Positions 20,051 to 31,325 of a stretch of DNA of 64,000 nucleotides are shown piece after piece. The stretch is from an uncultured delta proteobacterium (lineage in GTDB: Bacteria; Myxococcota_A; Polyangia; Polyangiales; Polyangiaceae): positions 768,001 through 832,000 of the forward strand of contig CAWKKR010000007.1 in assembly GCA_963850305.1 (NCBI GenBank), written 5' to 3'. The position numbers and the translations under genes are program-made. Below the pieces are notes generated by a model that was not told where the DNA came from, made no database searches, and saw only the letters and a program-made list of their open reading frames with translations. Every line of letters starts with the position of its first letter. The first letter of the stretch is position 1.

Positions 20051-21162
20051 GGCGGATCCTCGCGGTGATGGAGCGGGATCTCTTGCGCATCCTGCGGAAC
20101 CCCGCCGCACTGCTCTCGTCCGTCGTGCTCCCGGTCGTCTATCTGTTGATCCTCGGCAACTCGCTCAACGGACCGCTGACGGGGCTCTCCCTGGGCGTGG
20201 TCAGCGAGGACCAGGGACCGCAGGCGAGGGCGCTCCTCGGCGCATTGCAGGCCATCGAACACGGCCCCGCCACCGTGTCGCTCGACCTGCTCGACAACCC
20301 GCAGGAGGGCTTTCGCATGCTGCACGACGGGCAGATATCGGGGTTACTCGTCGTCCCGTCGACCTTCTCGCGCGATCTCTCGCACGGGGTGGCCGCCCCG
20401 GCGGGCCTCTACGTCGACAACGTGGACGCCGTCGCGGCCGTCGCGATCGAGGGCGCCGTGCAGGCTGCCCTGCCGGCCCTGATTCAGCCGCTCGTCCGCT
20501 TCGAACGGCATCTAGGACAGGCCGAGATCCGACCCCAGGAGATCTATCCGCGGGTCGACTACGACGCGTCCCTCATCCCGGGCGTCGTCGTGATGTCGCT
20601 CTTCATGGGGAGCATGCTGAGCGGCGCCTTCAACCTCATCATGGACCGCTTCATGGGCGTCCACGAAAGCTTCCTCTCGACTCCCCTGCGCAAGCTCGAC
20701 ATCAACCTCGGGATCCTCCTGTCGGGAAGCCTCGTGACGTTCGTCTCGAGCAGCCTAGTGCTCGGTATCGGGTTCCTCGTGACCGGCGTGCGGGTGCACG
20801 GAGGCGCCGCGGGCTACGCCGCGCTTTTCGGCGTCATGGTGCTGACGGGCCTCGGGCTGCTGGCGATGACGATGATCATCATCGGAAGAGCCGGCCACCC
20901 GCGCATTGCCGGGGTGCTGAACGGCTTCATGAGCGTCATCCTCTTCTTCCCGAGCGGAGCACTTTACCCTCTGGCGAGCTTCCCGGGGTGGCTGCGGGCC
21001 TTCGCCCAGGTCGATCCGGAGACGCACGCCGTGGCCGCGCTGAAGGCGATTCTCTTCCGGGGCGGCGACATCTCCGCCGCGGGCCGGCACGTCGCGTTCC
21101 TCGCCGCCTTCACGGCCGCGATGCTCCTCCTGTCCACGCTGACGATGAAGCGGACGCTGTGA
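20047..21162 (+). CDS. ABC-2 type transporter permease
   Basis: N-terminal TM, large extracytoplasmic loop, C-terminal TM bundle, SGALYPL...P.W motif; coupled to the ATPase. Confidence 0.9.
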   Translation: MRRILAVMERDLLRILRNPAALLSSVVLPVVYLLILGNSLNGPLTGLSLGVVSEDQGPQARALLGALQAIEHGPATVSLDLLDNPQEGFRMLHDGQISGLLVVPSTFSRDLSHGVAAPAGLYVDNVDAVAAVAIEGAVQAALPALIQPLVRFERHLGQAEIRPQEIYPRVDYDASLIPGVVVMSLFMGSMLSGAFNLIMDRFMGVHESFLSTPLRKLDINLGILLSGSLVTFVSSSLVLGIGFLVTGVRVHGGAAGYAALFGVMVLTGLGLLAMTMIIIGRAGHPRIAGVLNGFMSVILFFPSGALYPLASFPGWLRAFAQVDPETHAVAALKAILFRGGDISAAGRHVAFLAAFTAAMLLLSTLTMKRTL

Positions 21163-21289
21163 CGAGCGGGTTCTCGTGTTCCGCCGTTTCCGCTTCGATG
21201 AGCTGGAAGCCGTGCGACGTCAGGAAGGCACGGAGAAACCGGCGCATCTGCCGTTCGTCCTCGACCAGGAGAGCGACGTCGTTCGTCAT
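21110..21289 (-). pseudogene. kdpE: Truncated kdpE response regulator (N-terminal receiver fragment only)
   Basis: ATG overlaps the kdpD stop; [37 protein letters not shown] matches a KdpE start, then the frame runs into the antisense of the ABC permease and stops after 59 codons. Confidence 0.8.
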
Positions 21290-23994
21290 TTTGCCGCTTG
21301 CGCCGGTTCCTGGTCGACGGGCAAGGGGGGCGCGCTACCGAGGATTGGCAGGTCGATGCGAAAGGTAGCGCCGCCGTGCGGGCGATTCTCCGCCGAGAGC
21401 GTGCCCCCATGCGCCTCGACGAGCCCCCGGCTGATCGAGAGGCCGAGCCCTACGCCCCCCGCGCCGGCATGCGGGCCCCGATAGAACTTCTCGAAGACGC
21501 GTTCCTCTTCGCCGGGAGGCAGCCCGGGACCTCGGTCCGTCACATCGATGACGACCTTGCCGTCGGCCGCGCGGGCGCGGATCTCGATGCCGCTCGATTT
21601 CGGGGTGTACTTGGCGATGTTGTCGAGCAAGTTCACGAACACCTGCTCGAACAGAATCGGGTCCACCGATAGGAGCGGCAGGTCGTCTGGAACGTCGGTC
21701 ACGACCGGGCGATCACCGAGCCTCGGCTCGAGCCGTGAAAGGGCGGAGACGAGGATCTCTTCGAGCGGTATCCAATCCCGCTTGAGCCGGAGGCCGCCGG
21801 ATTCGAGACGCGTCATGTCGAGCAGGTTCGAGACCAGCCGCTCGAGCCGCTCCGCCTCTTCGCAGATGGTTTGGAGGAGCTCGATGCGCTGGCTCTCCGC
21901 GATGTGAACAGAAGTGTCCAGCAATGTCGTGGCCGCCCCGGTGATCCCGGCGAGCGGCGTCCGGAGATCGTGCGAGACAGTGCTGAGGAGCGTGCTTCGC
22001 ATCTCTTCGGTGCGTGCTCGAAGCGCGGCGCTCTCTGCGTCCTGCGCCAGGCGCGCCCGCTCGAGCGCCATGCCGCCCTGGCGCGCGTAGATGTCGAGGA
22101 AATGCCGATCCTCGGAGATCGGGCCTTCGGCTCGGCTCGGGCCGAGCGACAGCACACCGAACACGGTCGAGGCCACTCGAAGCGGCACGCAAAGCGTCTT
22201 CGACCCAGGCAGCGTCTCCGTCCCGAGCCCGGCGAGTCTTCCGTGTTCGAGGACCCAGCGAGCGACCGCTTTTTCCGGCGCGTCCGTCGCGACCTCTCCG
22301 AGCTTGGCTGCAAGCTCCGGCGCCCCTGTGGCATCGGGAAGAAACACCGCGACCGGGCGCTGGAAGACCTGAGCGGCCTGGCCTCCGAGCGCAGCGGCGA
22401 CCTGCTTGGCGTCGAGCGCCGCTCCGAGCTCGCGAGACAGGGCGTACAGCGCGGCCGCTTGTTCCTCTCGAGCGCGAGCTTGCCGCTCTTGGCGACGAAG
22501 CCGGAGGGTGAGACCGCTGATGAGCACACCCGTGACGAACATCATCACGAACGTCAAGGTGTTCCGTACGTCGGTGACGGCGAAGGTGAAGAACGGCGGA
22601 ATGAAGAAGAAGTCGTACGAGGCGACGGAAAGCACCGCGGCGACCATCGACGGGCCGCGCCCGAAGCGGGTCGCGACGATCATGATGACCATCAGGTACA
22701 GCATCACGATGTCGGGCAGCGCGAAGACGGCGCGCGCGATTTCCGAAACGAGTGTCGCGAGCGCGACGAGCCCGACCGCGTAGCCGTACGCCGCCCCGAC
22801 GGGGCCGCCTTCTTCGGTCCGCGCGGCCCTGCGCTCCGGTTCCGGCCCTCTACTGGCGTCGCCCGAAATGACGTGAACGTCGATATCGCCGCTTCCGCGA
22901 ACGACCTCGCCGAGGAGCGAGCCGCGCACGAGGTCGCGAAGGTGCGAGTGCGTCGGCTTCCCGATGACGATGCGAGTGACGTTGTGCTTGCGCGCGTAAT
23001 CGAGGAGGGCCTCGCTGATCTTCGCACCGATCAAGTTGGCGATCTCTGCGCCCAGGGACTCCGCGAGGCGGAGGTGCGCCTCCAGGCGCGCGCGGTCGGC
23101 CGAGGACATCGGCGCGGCGGCCGCGGGTTCGACATAGGCGGCGACCCAGGGTGCTCGGAGCCCTGCGGCCATGCGCGCCGCCGCTCGGACGAGGCGCGCG
23201 GACGCCGGCGCAGGTCCGATGCAGACCAGAATGCGCTCTTGAGTCGGCCACGTCGCGCCGATGCCCTGTTCCTCCCGGTGCGCCAGGACGTCGAGATCGA
23301 CGTGGTCGGCCGCACGCCGCAGAGCGAGCTCGCGGAGGGCGAGCAGGTTGCCCTTGCGGAAGAAGTTTTCGACCGCGCGTGCGGCTTGTTCCGAGAGGTA
23401 CACCTTGCCCTCGCGCAACCGCCCGAGGAGCTCTTCGGGCGGAACGTCGATGAGCTCGATCTCGTCGGCGCGTGTGAGGATCGAGTCGGGCACGGTTTCG
23501 CGAACCCGCACGCTCGTGATCTGCGCGATGACGTCGTTCAGGCTTTCGATGTGCTGGATGTTCAGCGTCGTGTGCACGTCGATGCCCGCGTCGAGCAACT
23601 CGAGCACGTCCTGCCAGCGCTTCGCGTGGCGGGCGCCCTCGGCGTTGGTGTGCGCGAGCTCGTCGACCAGTATGATCTTCGGCTTGCGCGCGAGCGCGGC
23701 ATCGAGGTCGAACTCCTCGAGCTTTCTTCCCCGATACTCGAGGGCCCGCCGCGGCAGGATCTCGAGTCCCAGCACCATCGCGGCGGTGTCGTAGCGACCA
23801 TGCGTCTCCACGACGCCCACCACGACGTCGCCGGCCCGGAATTCCCTCGCCGCCGCGAGCATCGCGAACGTCTTGCCGACGCCGGGTGCATAGCCGAGGT
23901 AGATGCGGAGTCGCGCGCGTCGCTGCCGTTCGTCGTCTTTTTTGATCCGCCGGAGCAGCGCATCCGGATCGGGGCGACCGGCGGGTTCGGTCAC
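21286..23994 (-). CDS. kdpD: K+ sensor histidine kinase KdpD
   Basis: [28 protein letters not shown] domain, 4 [13 protein letters not shown] and GLGLSI. Confidence 0.97.
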   Translation of the reverse strand: MTEPAGRPDPDALLRRIKKDDERQRRARLRIYLGYAPGVGKTFAMLAAAREFRAGDVVVGVVETHGRYDTAAMVLGLEILPRRALEYRGRKLEEFDLDAALARKPKIILVDELAHTNAEGARHAKRWQDVLELLDAGIDVHTTLNIQHIESLNDVIAQITSVRVRETVPDSILTRADEIELIDVPPEELLGRLREGKVYLSEQAARAVENFFRKGNLLALRELALRRAADHVDLDVLAHREEQGIGATWPTQERILVCIGPAPASARLVRAAARMAAGLRAPWVAAYVEPAAAAPMSSADRARLEAHLRLAESLGAEIANLIGAKISEALLDYARKHNVTRIVIGKPTHSHLRDLVRGSLLGEVVRGSGDIDVHVISGDASRGPEPERRAARTEEGGPVGAAYGYAVGLVALATLVSEIARAVFALPDIVMLYLMVIMIVATRFGRGPSMVAAVLSVASYDFFFIPPFFTFAVTDVRNTLTFVMMFVTGVLISGLTLRLRRQERQARAREEQAAALYALSRELGAALDAKQVAAALGGQAAQVFQRPVAVFLPDATGAPELAAKLGEVATDAPEKAVARWVLEHGRLAGLGTETLPGSKTLCVPLRVASTVFGVLSLGPSRAEGPISEDRHFLDIYARQGGMALERARLAQDAESAALRARTEEMRSTLLSTVSHDLRTPLAGITGAATTLLDTSVHIAESQRIELLQTICEEAERLERLVSNLLDMTRLESGGLRLKRDWIPLEEILVSALSRLEPRLGDRPVVTDVPDDLPLLSVDPILFEQVFVNLLDNIAKYTPKSSGIEIRARAADGKVVIDVTDRGPGLPPGEEERVFEKFYRGPHAGAGGVGLGLSISRGLVEAHGGTLSAENRPHGGATFRIDLPILGSAPPLPVDQEPAQAAK

Positions 23995-24033
23995 CGCCTT
24001 CTCCCGGCGGAGGTCGAACGCGACATCGTCCGC

Positions 24034-24622
24034 TCAGCGTGCTCTGTCGAGCGCCAGATTCAGCTCGAGCACGTTGACGGCCGGTTCGCCGAGCACGACG
24101 AGCCCGCGCCCGATCGTGCTCGCCTGGACGAGCTCGCGGACTTTGCCCGGATCCATGCCGCGCGCCTTCGCGACGCGGGCGACCTGGTACTCCGCGGCGG
24201 CCGGGGAGATGTGCGGGATCGAGCCCGCTGCCCGAAGCCGTGACGAGGTCGACCGGGACTGGCGCGGTGTTCGTCGGATCGGCGGCGCGGAGCGCCTCGA
24301 TGCGGGCCTTGACGGCGTCCCGAGGCGGGGTTCGGCGGGCCGAGGTTCGACCGGTGCGAGGCGCCCGCGTTGTATGCGGGGCTCGTCGCGGACGAGGCGA
24401 CTCCAGAAGTACTTCGGCTCGTCGAACGGCTGTCCGATGAGCTCGGAGCCGACGTCCTTTCCGTCCTTCGTGATGAGGCTGCCGTTCGCCTGGTGCGGGA
24501 ACACGCGGCTTGAGCGACGCCGGTGACGAGCGAGCGGATAGGCGACGCCGGTGAGGAGCGTCATGAGCGCCGAGAACGGCGAGAGCCGCCCGGAGCTGTC
24601 TTGTCATTGATAGGTCGTTCAT
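24034..24622 (-). CDS. kdpC: K+-transporting ATPase subunit C; frameshifted
   Basis: [42 protein letters not shown] and [11 protein letters not shown] over several frames. Confidence 0.9.
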
Positions 24623-24659
24623 CTGTGCCTCGATGGAGTATGCGTGGGGGTCATTGCCT

Positions 24660-26842
24660 TCAGGTGAGGTGCAGCACGACGAGGACGAGGTCGATGACCT
24701 TGATGCCGACGAACGGCACGATGACGCCGCCGAGGCCGTAGACGAGCAGGTGATCGCGGAGCAGGCGCGATGCGCCGACCGCACGGTACTTGATGCCGCG
24801 GAGCGCGAGCGGGATGAGCGCGATGATGATGAGCGCGTTGAAGATGACCGCGCGAGAGGATCGCGCTCGTGCGGCGTCGCCAGGTGCATGACGTTGAGCG
24901 CGTCGAGCGCCGGGTACGTCGTGGCGAACGCGGCCGGGATGATCGCGAAGTACTTCGCGACGTCGTTGGCGATGCTGAACGTCGTGAGCGCGCCGCGCGT
25001 CATGAGGAGCTGCTTGCCGATCTCGACGACCTCGATGAGCTTGGTCGGGTTCGAGTCGAGGTCGACCATGTTGCCGGCCTCCTTCGCCGCCTGCGTGCCG
25101 GTGTTCATCGCGACGGCGACGTCGGCCTGCGCGAGCGCGGGCGCGTCGTTCGTGCCGTCGCCGGTCATCGCGACGAGGCGGCCGCCCTTCTGGTGATCGC
25201 GGATGAGCGCGAGCTTCGTCTCGGGCGTCGCCTGGGCGAGGAAGTCGTCGACGCCGGCTTCGGCGGCGATGGCGGCGGCCGTCAGCGGGTTGTCGCCCGG
25301 TGATCATCACGGTCTTGATCCCCATCTGCCGGAGCTCGGCGAAGCGCTCCTTGATGCCGCCCTTGACGATGTCCTTGAGCTGAACGACGCCGAGGACCGC
25401 GCGCGCCCTCGGCGACGACGAGCGGCGTGCCGCCCTGCTTCGCGATCGTCGTCGACGCTGGCGCGGACCTGCGGAGGGAACGCGCCGCCCTTGGCGCGCA
25501 CGTAGGCTTCGATGGCGTCGGCCGCGCCCTTGCGGATCTCGCGGCCCGTCGAGGTCGACGCCGCTCATGCGGGTCTGCGCCGTGAAGGGCACGAACGTCG
25601 CGCTCGAGCGCGTGCGACGTCGCGCTCCCGGATGCCGTAGCTCTCCTTCGCGAGCACGACGATGCTGCGCCCTTCGGGCGTCTCGTCGGCGAGCGACGCG
25701 AGCTGCGCGGCGTCGGCGAGCTGCCTCTTCCGTCGACGCCGGGCGCCGGCAGGAACGCCGTCGCCTGCCGGTTGCCGAGCGTGATGGTGCCCGGTCTTGT
25801 CGAGGAGGAGCACGTCGACGTCGCCGGCGGCCTCGACGGCGCGGCCGCACGTCGCGATGACGTTCGCCTGGATCATCCGGTCCATGCCGGCGATGCCGAT
25901 GGCCGAGAGCAGGCCGCCGATCGTCGTCGGGATGAGGCAGACGAGCAGCGCGACGAGCACCGTGATGGTGATGGGCGCGCCCTTGCCGGCCGCCGTCGAC
26001 GCTGAAGAGCGAGTACGGCAGCAGCGTCACCGTCGCGAGGAGGAAGATGATCGTGAGCGCCGCGAGCAGGATGTCGAGCGCGATCTCGTTCGGCGTCTTC
26101 TGGCGCTTCGCGCCCTCGACCATCGCGATCATGCGGTCGAGGAACGTCTCGCCCGGGTTCGCGCGTGATGCGCACGACGAGCCAGTCGGAGAGCACGCGC
26201 GTGCCGCCCGTGACCGCGCTGCGATCGCCGCCGCTCTCGCGGATGACCGGCGCGCTCTCGCCGGTGATGGCGCTCTCGTCGACCGACGCGACGCCTTCGA
26301 CGATCTCGCCGTCGCCCGGGATCGTAATCGCCGGCCTCGACGAGGACGATGTCGCCCTTGCGGAGCTGGCCGAGGCGAGCACGAGCGACGTCGCGCGCGT
26401 CGCGCCTCGGCTCGGCGAGCTTGCTTCGCCTGGATGTCCTTGCGCGCCTTGCGCAGCGCGTCGGCCTGCGCCTTGCCGCGGCCTTCGGCCATCGCCTCGG
26501 CGAAGTTCGCGAAGAGCACCGTGAACCAGAGCCAGAGCCGAGATCGCCGAGGATGAAGCCCGCCGGCGCTTCGCCGTGTCCGCCGAGCGCCTGGATCCGA
26601 AGAGCGCGGTCGTGAGGACGCTGCCGACCTCGACGACGAACATGACGGGGTTTCGGACCTGGTGCCGCGGGTCGAGCTTGCTGGAACGAGTCGACGATGG
26701 CGCGCCGGACGATGGCCGGGTCGAAGAGCGGGCGGGCTTGGCCCTTCGCGCGGTGAGTGCCGTGCTCGATGGGGTCGCGGGACGGCGGGGGGCTGCGTCC
26801 GCGGTCGCGACGCAAGATCTTCGGGGCTCGAGTGGTTGCCAT
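24660..26842 (-). CDS. kdpB: K+-transporting P-type ATPase subunit B; multiple frameshifts
   Basis: [52 protein letters not shown] and [13 protein letters not shown]; start approximate. Confidence 0.93.
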
Positions 26843-26889
26843 GGCGTATTCCGTCAGTCTCGGATGGCGGGTTGCGAGGGTGGGGAAGC

Positions 26890-28665
26890 TCAGGACTGCG
26901 CGAGCAGGTGCTCGACGATGGGGCCGAGCGCGAGCGCGGGAATGAACGTCAGCGCGCCGACGATGACGATGACGCCGACGAGCATCGCCGACGAAGAGCG
27001 GCGTGTGCGTCGGGCAGCGTTCCCGCGCTCGGCGGGCACGATCTTCTTCTTCGCGAGCGAGCCCGCGAGCGCGAGGCACGCGGCATCTTCACCCAGAAGC
27101 GCCCGAAGAACATCGCGATGCCCGAGGGTCGGTGTTGTAGAAGGGCGTGTTCGCGCTGAGGCCGGCGAAGGCGCTGCCGTTGTTGTTCGCGGCCGACGAG
27201 AACGCGTAGAGCACCTCGCTGAAGCCGTGCGGCCCCGGGTTGAAGACGTCCCTTGCCGCCGGCCTCGGTGACGACGGCGATCGCCGTGACGACGAGCACG
27301 ACGGCGCAGCGGGAACGAGGATGCCGAGCGACGCCATCTTCATCTCGTAGGCTTCGATCTTCTTGCCGAGGTACTCGGGCGTGCGCCCGACCATCAGCCC
27401 GGCGACGAACACGGCGACGATGGCGAAGATCAGCATGCCGTAGAGGCCGGAGCCGACGCCGCCGAAGATGATCTCGCCGAGCTGGATGAGCCACATGCGG
27501 AACGAGCCCGCCGAGCGGCGTGAACGAGTCGTGCATCGCGTTGACCGAGCCGTTCGAGGCGGCGGTGGTGGCCGTCGCGTAGAGCGCCGACGCGGAGATG
27601 CCGAAGCGCACCTCCTTGCCCTCCATGTTGCCGCCCGGCCTGCAGGGCGCTCGCGACCTGATCGACGTGCGAGCGACGCGAGGCGCGGGGTTGCCGGCCT
27701 GCTCCTGCGTGCACGCACAGACCAGAGCGAGCGGAAGGAAGATGACGAACATGGCGCGCGAGCAGCGCCCAGCCCTGGCGCGTGTCCTTCACCATCTTGC
27801 CGAACGTGTAGGTGAGCGCCGCCGGGATCGCGAGGATCGACAGGATGATCGACGAAGTTCGAGAGCGGCGTCGGGTTCTCGAACGGGTGCGCGGAGTTCG
27901 CGTTGAAGAAGCCGCCGCCGTTCGTGCCGAGGTGCTTGATGGCGACCTGCGACGCAGCCGGGCCGACCGCGATCAGCTGATCGACGACGGCTTTGCCGTC
28001 CGCGTCCTTCGTCGCCTGGAGCAGCGACGACGCTGTGGTACGCGCTGAAGGTCTGCACGACGCCCTGCGAGACGAGGAAGAGCGCGAAGACGAACGAGAG
28101 CGGCAGCAGGATGTAGAGCGTGCCGCGCGTCAGATCGACCCAGAAGTTGCCGATGCCGCGTCGCCTGCTTGCGCGTGAACGCCGCGGATGAGCGCGACGA
28201 GCACGCCATGCCCGACGCCGCGGAGACGAAGTTCTGCACCGCGAGGCCGAGCATCTGCGTGAGGTAGCTCATCGTCGTCTCGCCGCCGTAGCCTTGCCAG
28301 TTCGTGTTCGTCGCGAAGCTCGTCGCCGTGTTCCACGAGAGGTCCGGCGACACGGCCGGCAAGGCCTGCGGGTTCAGCGGCAAGAACCGCCTGCAGGCGC
28401 TGAAGCGCGTACACGACGACGAGGCCCGCCGCGTTGAAGAGCAGCATCGCGAGCGCGTACGTCTGTCCACGCATCTCACGCTCCTCGTCTCGGCCGGTAC
28501 GCCGCGAAGCGGTAGATGAGCCGCTCGAGTCGGTCCGAAGCACCTTCTCGAAGAACGTGCGCTCGCCCTCGTAGACGCGCGCCATGTAGTCGCCGAGCGG
28601 CTTCACCAGGGCGACGAGCACCACGAAGTAGAGACGACGATCTGTGCGTAACCTTGCCAGCTCAT
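26890..28665 (-). CDS. kdpA: K+-transporting ATPase subunit A; multiple frameshifts
   Basis: [44 protein letters not shown] and [13 protein letters not shown] overlaps the kdpF stop. Confidence 0.93.
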
Positions 28666-28754
28666 GAGAAAGCCTCCGGCTTGAGCAGCGCGACGAACAG
28701 GTAGACGAGGAGCGCGAGCGAGACGACTCCGCCGACGACGTAGAGAACGGGCAT
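28662..28754 (-). CDS. kdpF: K+-transporting ATPase subunit F (not in the ORF track)
   Basis: Hand translation [30 protein letters not shown] with the YL..AL..PE.F signature; SD AGGAG; overlaps the kdpA start. Confidence 0.92.
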   Translation of the reverse strand: MPVLYVVGGVVSLALLVYLFVALLKPEAFS

Positions 28755-28764
28755 GATCGAACTC

Positions 28765-28851
28765 CTACGAAACGCGCTCGAAGAGCCGAACGAGGCCCCA
28801 GGTGAGCGCGACCAGAAAAGCGGTGAGTGCCATGTAAACGACGTCCATCAT
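28765..28851 (-). CDS. 28-aa single-TM peptide upstream of kdpF
   Basis: MMDVVYMALTAFLVALTWGLVRLFERVS; GAGGT SD; its TAG stop overlaps the kdpF SD. Confidence 0.7.
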   Translation of the reverse strand: MMDVVYMALTAFLVALTWGLVRLFERVS

Positions 28852-29035
28852 CGGAACCTCTGCGATTACCGTGCCATGGGTGTGTGACCGGGGGAGAAGG
28901 TGCGTGCGCCGAACGAGCCCGGGCCGGGCTTCATTGCGCCGATGCGCGTAACAATCCGCTCGCAGCCTCGCGCTTCGGGCCCGCAGGTTTCGGTGCGCTC
29001 CAGCGGGGGCAGCGTCACGGCTTTCATGACGAGGG

Positions 29036-29100
29036 AAACTAGGCGCGCCGCGGTCACGGCGCCGTCAAGCTTCCTCGGAAAAGCGTCAAGAAGGCATTAA
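29036..29100 (-). promoter_or_regulatory. Putative kdp promoter with phased OmpR/KdpE-type direct repeats
   Basis: Minus strand TTAATG, TTGACG, TTGACG and GTGACC at 11, 21 and 11 bp periodicity, followed by -10-like TAGTTT. Confidence 0.5.
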
Positions 29101-29239
29101 GGTCGACCTCGATGCGTTCCAGCGCGCTAGTGACGTCTCGTTGACGGTTTCGTCGCCAACCTCGACGGCGCCGTGACTCGGCCACACCTAAGCTCTGCCT
29201 TGGTGCCGTGTACCTCGCGGCGCAGAGTTTGCGGCTCTT

Positions 29240-29332
29240 CTGGTGGTTGGGACGCTAGAGCGGTTCCTGCTCGGATCGATCTCGGAAGCGCTGGTGCGCA
29301 GGGCGGCTCGTTCGGTGTATGTCGTGCGCCCT
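29240..29332 (+). pseudogene. Universal stress protein C-terminal remnant
   Basis: LVVGT-LERFLLGSISEALVRRAARSVYVVRP matches a USP C-terminus but lacks the HGRxG segment and N-terminal half. Confidence 0.6.
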
Positions 29333-29479
29333 CGGTGCATGTCGTGCGCCCCACGGAAGGAAGTTCGCCCGCGGTTCCCGCCTGACACGCGTCTTCCGAG
29401 TCGGCTCGCGACGGCTTCTTTACGCTCCGCGCTTGCTTCTTGACCGTATCTTGAGGTGGCGCGGACTAGTTCATATAGA

Positions 29480-30715
29480 ATGAGCGAGCCGAGCCCTGCG
29501 CGGCGAGGGGCGCCGCCCAAGAAGCCCGTGGTCGGACAAGTTTCCCGGCGCCGCCACGAGTGGGTGGAAGCATCGAACGGCGATGCCGTCGAATCGTGGA
29601 AGCGGCAGGTCTTCGCGCGCGTCGACGACGATCGTCTGCTCGCCGGCAATGGCCCGCGCGTGCGCATCCGAGCGACGTTCGCATTCTTCGGCCTCGCCGC
29701 GCTCGCCGGAGCCAGGCGGGGGCCCATCGGATCGCTCGAGATGGCCGTGTTGCTGTCGTCCGTGTGCTTCGTTCAGGAGTTGCCTCGCGCCCTGCTCGGC
29801 CTCGCCTTGCGCCGCAGCGCCCTCGTTCGGATTTCCGCGACGGGGACCGATACGACGCTCTCCGGTCCGGCGCTCCGCGGGGTCTGGGCCGTTCTGTACG
29901 CCGTCATCGGGAGCGTCGCGAACCTGGCATTTTCCGCGCTGGCGCTCGTGTTGGCGACGTTCGTTCGCCCGTCCGTTGCCGAGGCCTTCTCGACTCTGGC
30001 CTGCGGCCACGCGCTGTGGGCCATCGCGTCGCTTCTTCCGATCCTGCCGTTCCGCGCGGGCAGCGCGATCTCGGCTCGTCTCGAACCCTCGGCTCGGTTC
30101 CTGCACGGAGTGATCTCGTGCACGGTCGTCGTCGCGCTTGGAGGAGTCCTCGCGCTCTGGCTGCGGGCGCCCGTCGTGCTCGGCATATTCTTGCTCGTGG
30201 TGTTCGCCGGTGCTTTCAAGGTTCGACAGGCGTTCGCGGAGAGTCGTGACCTTCAAGCCGGAGTGGACAGGTTCCTCGAGCGCGCGACCGCCGAGCTTTG
30301 CACGGACCCGGAGCGCGCATGCGAGCTCGCGCGACAAGGACTGGCGGCGGCCCTGTCGGCGCCGGCGCAGCAACGGGCATGGAAAGCTCTGGCATGGGCC
30401 GCCATCGGAAAAAAAGATCCATTCCTTGCGCACGATGCCCTGCTCCACTTGCCCGCGGAGGCGATCGACGCGCACCTCCTCGCGTCGTACTTGACCACGT
30501 GTAACCGCGTCGACGAAGCCGTCGAAGTCCTCACCTTCGAGCGCAGCCACGGACGAAAGAGCCGCGAAGCGACGAAGCTACTCGCCGACCTCACCTTCCG
30601 CAAGGGCGACTACGATGCGGTGCTCGGCCTCGTGCGCGACGACGAAGCGCTCCTGACCGACGAGGACCGAAGCGCGATCCGCATGGCGCTCGACGCTCGG
30701 TCGTGCGCGGGATGA
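29480..30715 (+). CDS. Degenerate site-2 protease (M50)-like membrane protein with C-terminal TPR-like helices
   Basis: VRIRATF, VQELPRAL (HELGHAL position), GSVANL (GP..NL) and SLLPILPFRAG (NLLP..PLDGG). Confidence 0.6.
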   Translation: MSEPSPARRGAPPKKPVVGQVSRRRHEWVEASNGDAVESWKRQVFARVDDDRLLAGNGPRVRIRATFAFFGLAALAGARRGPIGSLEMAVLLSSVCFVQELPRALLGLALRRSALVRISATGTDTTLSGPALRGVWAVLYAVIGSVANLAFSALALVLATFVRPSVAEAFSTLACGHALWAIASLLPILPFRAGSAISARLEPSARFLHGVISCTVVVALGGVLALWLRAPVVLGIFLLVVFAGAFKVRQAFAESRDLQAGVDRFLERATAELCTDPERACELARQGLAAALSAPAQQRAWKALAWAAIGKKDPFLAHDALLHLPAEAIDAHLLASYLTTCNRVDEAVEVLTFERSHGRKSREATKLLADLTFRKGDYDAVLGLVRDDEALLTDEDRSAIRMALDARSCAG

Positions 30716-31325
30716 CGCTCAGAGAAGCCGCAGTCACGATCCGCGCGCGCTCCGCCCCGCACCCGGAGGCGCGGCTCCACTCCCGATTGGAAGTCGGCCC
30801 GGATGAGGCAGCGGGAGCGGCATCGGGATGGGGAGAAGAGGGTCGTGGGGCCCGTTCGCCGAAGGCAAACACGACATCTTTCGGAATGACTTTGCGGTCT
30901 TCGATTTCGAATTGGGCGCCGACGAGATCCCTCCCGACTGGCGTCTCGGGCCACCCTAGCCAGCGGTTCGGAGCCGCCGCCATCAGGGGTCGGCCCTCGT
31001 CGAGAGGCGAGGAAGCGTCCGTCGCTCGCGAAAGGCGGTTCACGCGGCGCGAGGAGGCACTCACGCTATGGCGGCGTGTGATCGCTGCTACGATGAGGAG
31101 AGGAAACGGTGCCTCGAAAGACGCGCCCGGAATCCTCTTTCGAGAATGTTTCCGCCCGATGAAAGCGACTTTGCGTCGAGGCGCTCCGTGAAGGACCGGC
31201 CTCCGGACCGCACCAGAAATCGCGCTCGAATCCGGTCGTGGCCTTCGGGTCTGCGAGCGGCCCCGGATTCGCGAGTATAGATCTCTGCGAGCGACGAACG
31301 CTTCGACCTGGAAAGGGCACAGGCC

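Noticed and set aside
21871..24243. 790-aa plus-strand ORF and other long overlapping ORFs (534..2009, 13965..15854, 17978..20110, 30591..32288, 58093..59733)
   Set aside because: They are antisense or frame-shifted shadows of recognisable genes; stop-poor frames are expected at this GC level and the translations lack motifs
28852..29035. c-di-AMP (ydaO) riboswitch or 53-aa leader ORF upstream of kdp
   Set aside because: I could not identify the conserved ydaO elements by eye and the ORF has no recognisable features; an Rfam scan would settle it
30720..30985. Possible small minus-strand gene or remnant (MAAAPNRWLGWPETPVGRDLVGAQFEIEDRK...)
   Set aside because: Protein-like for about 45 codons, then low complexity; no family recognised
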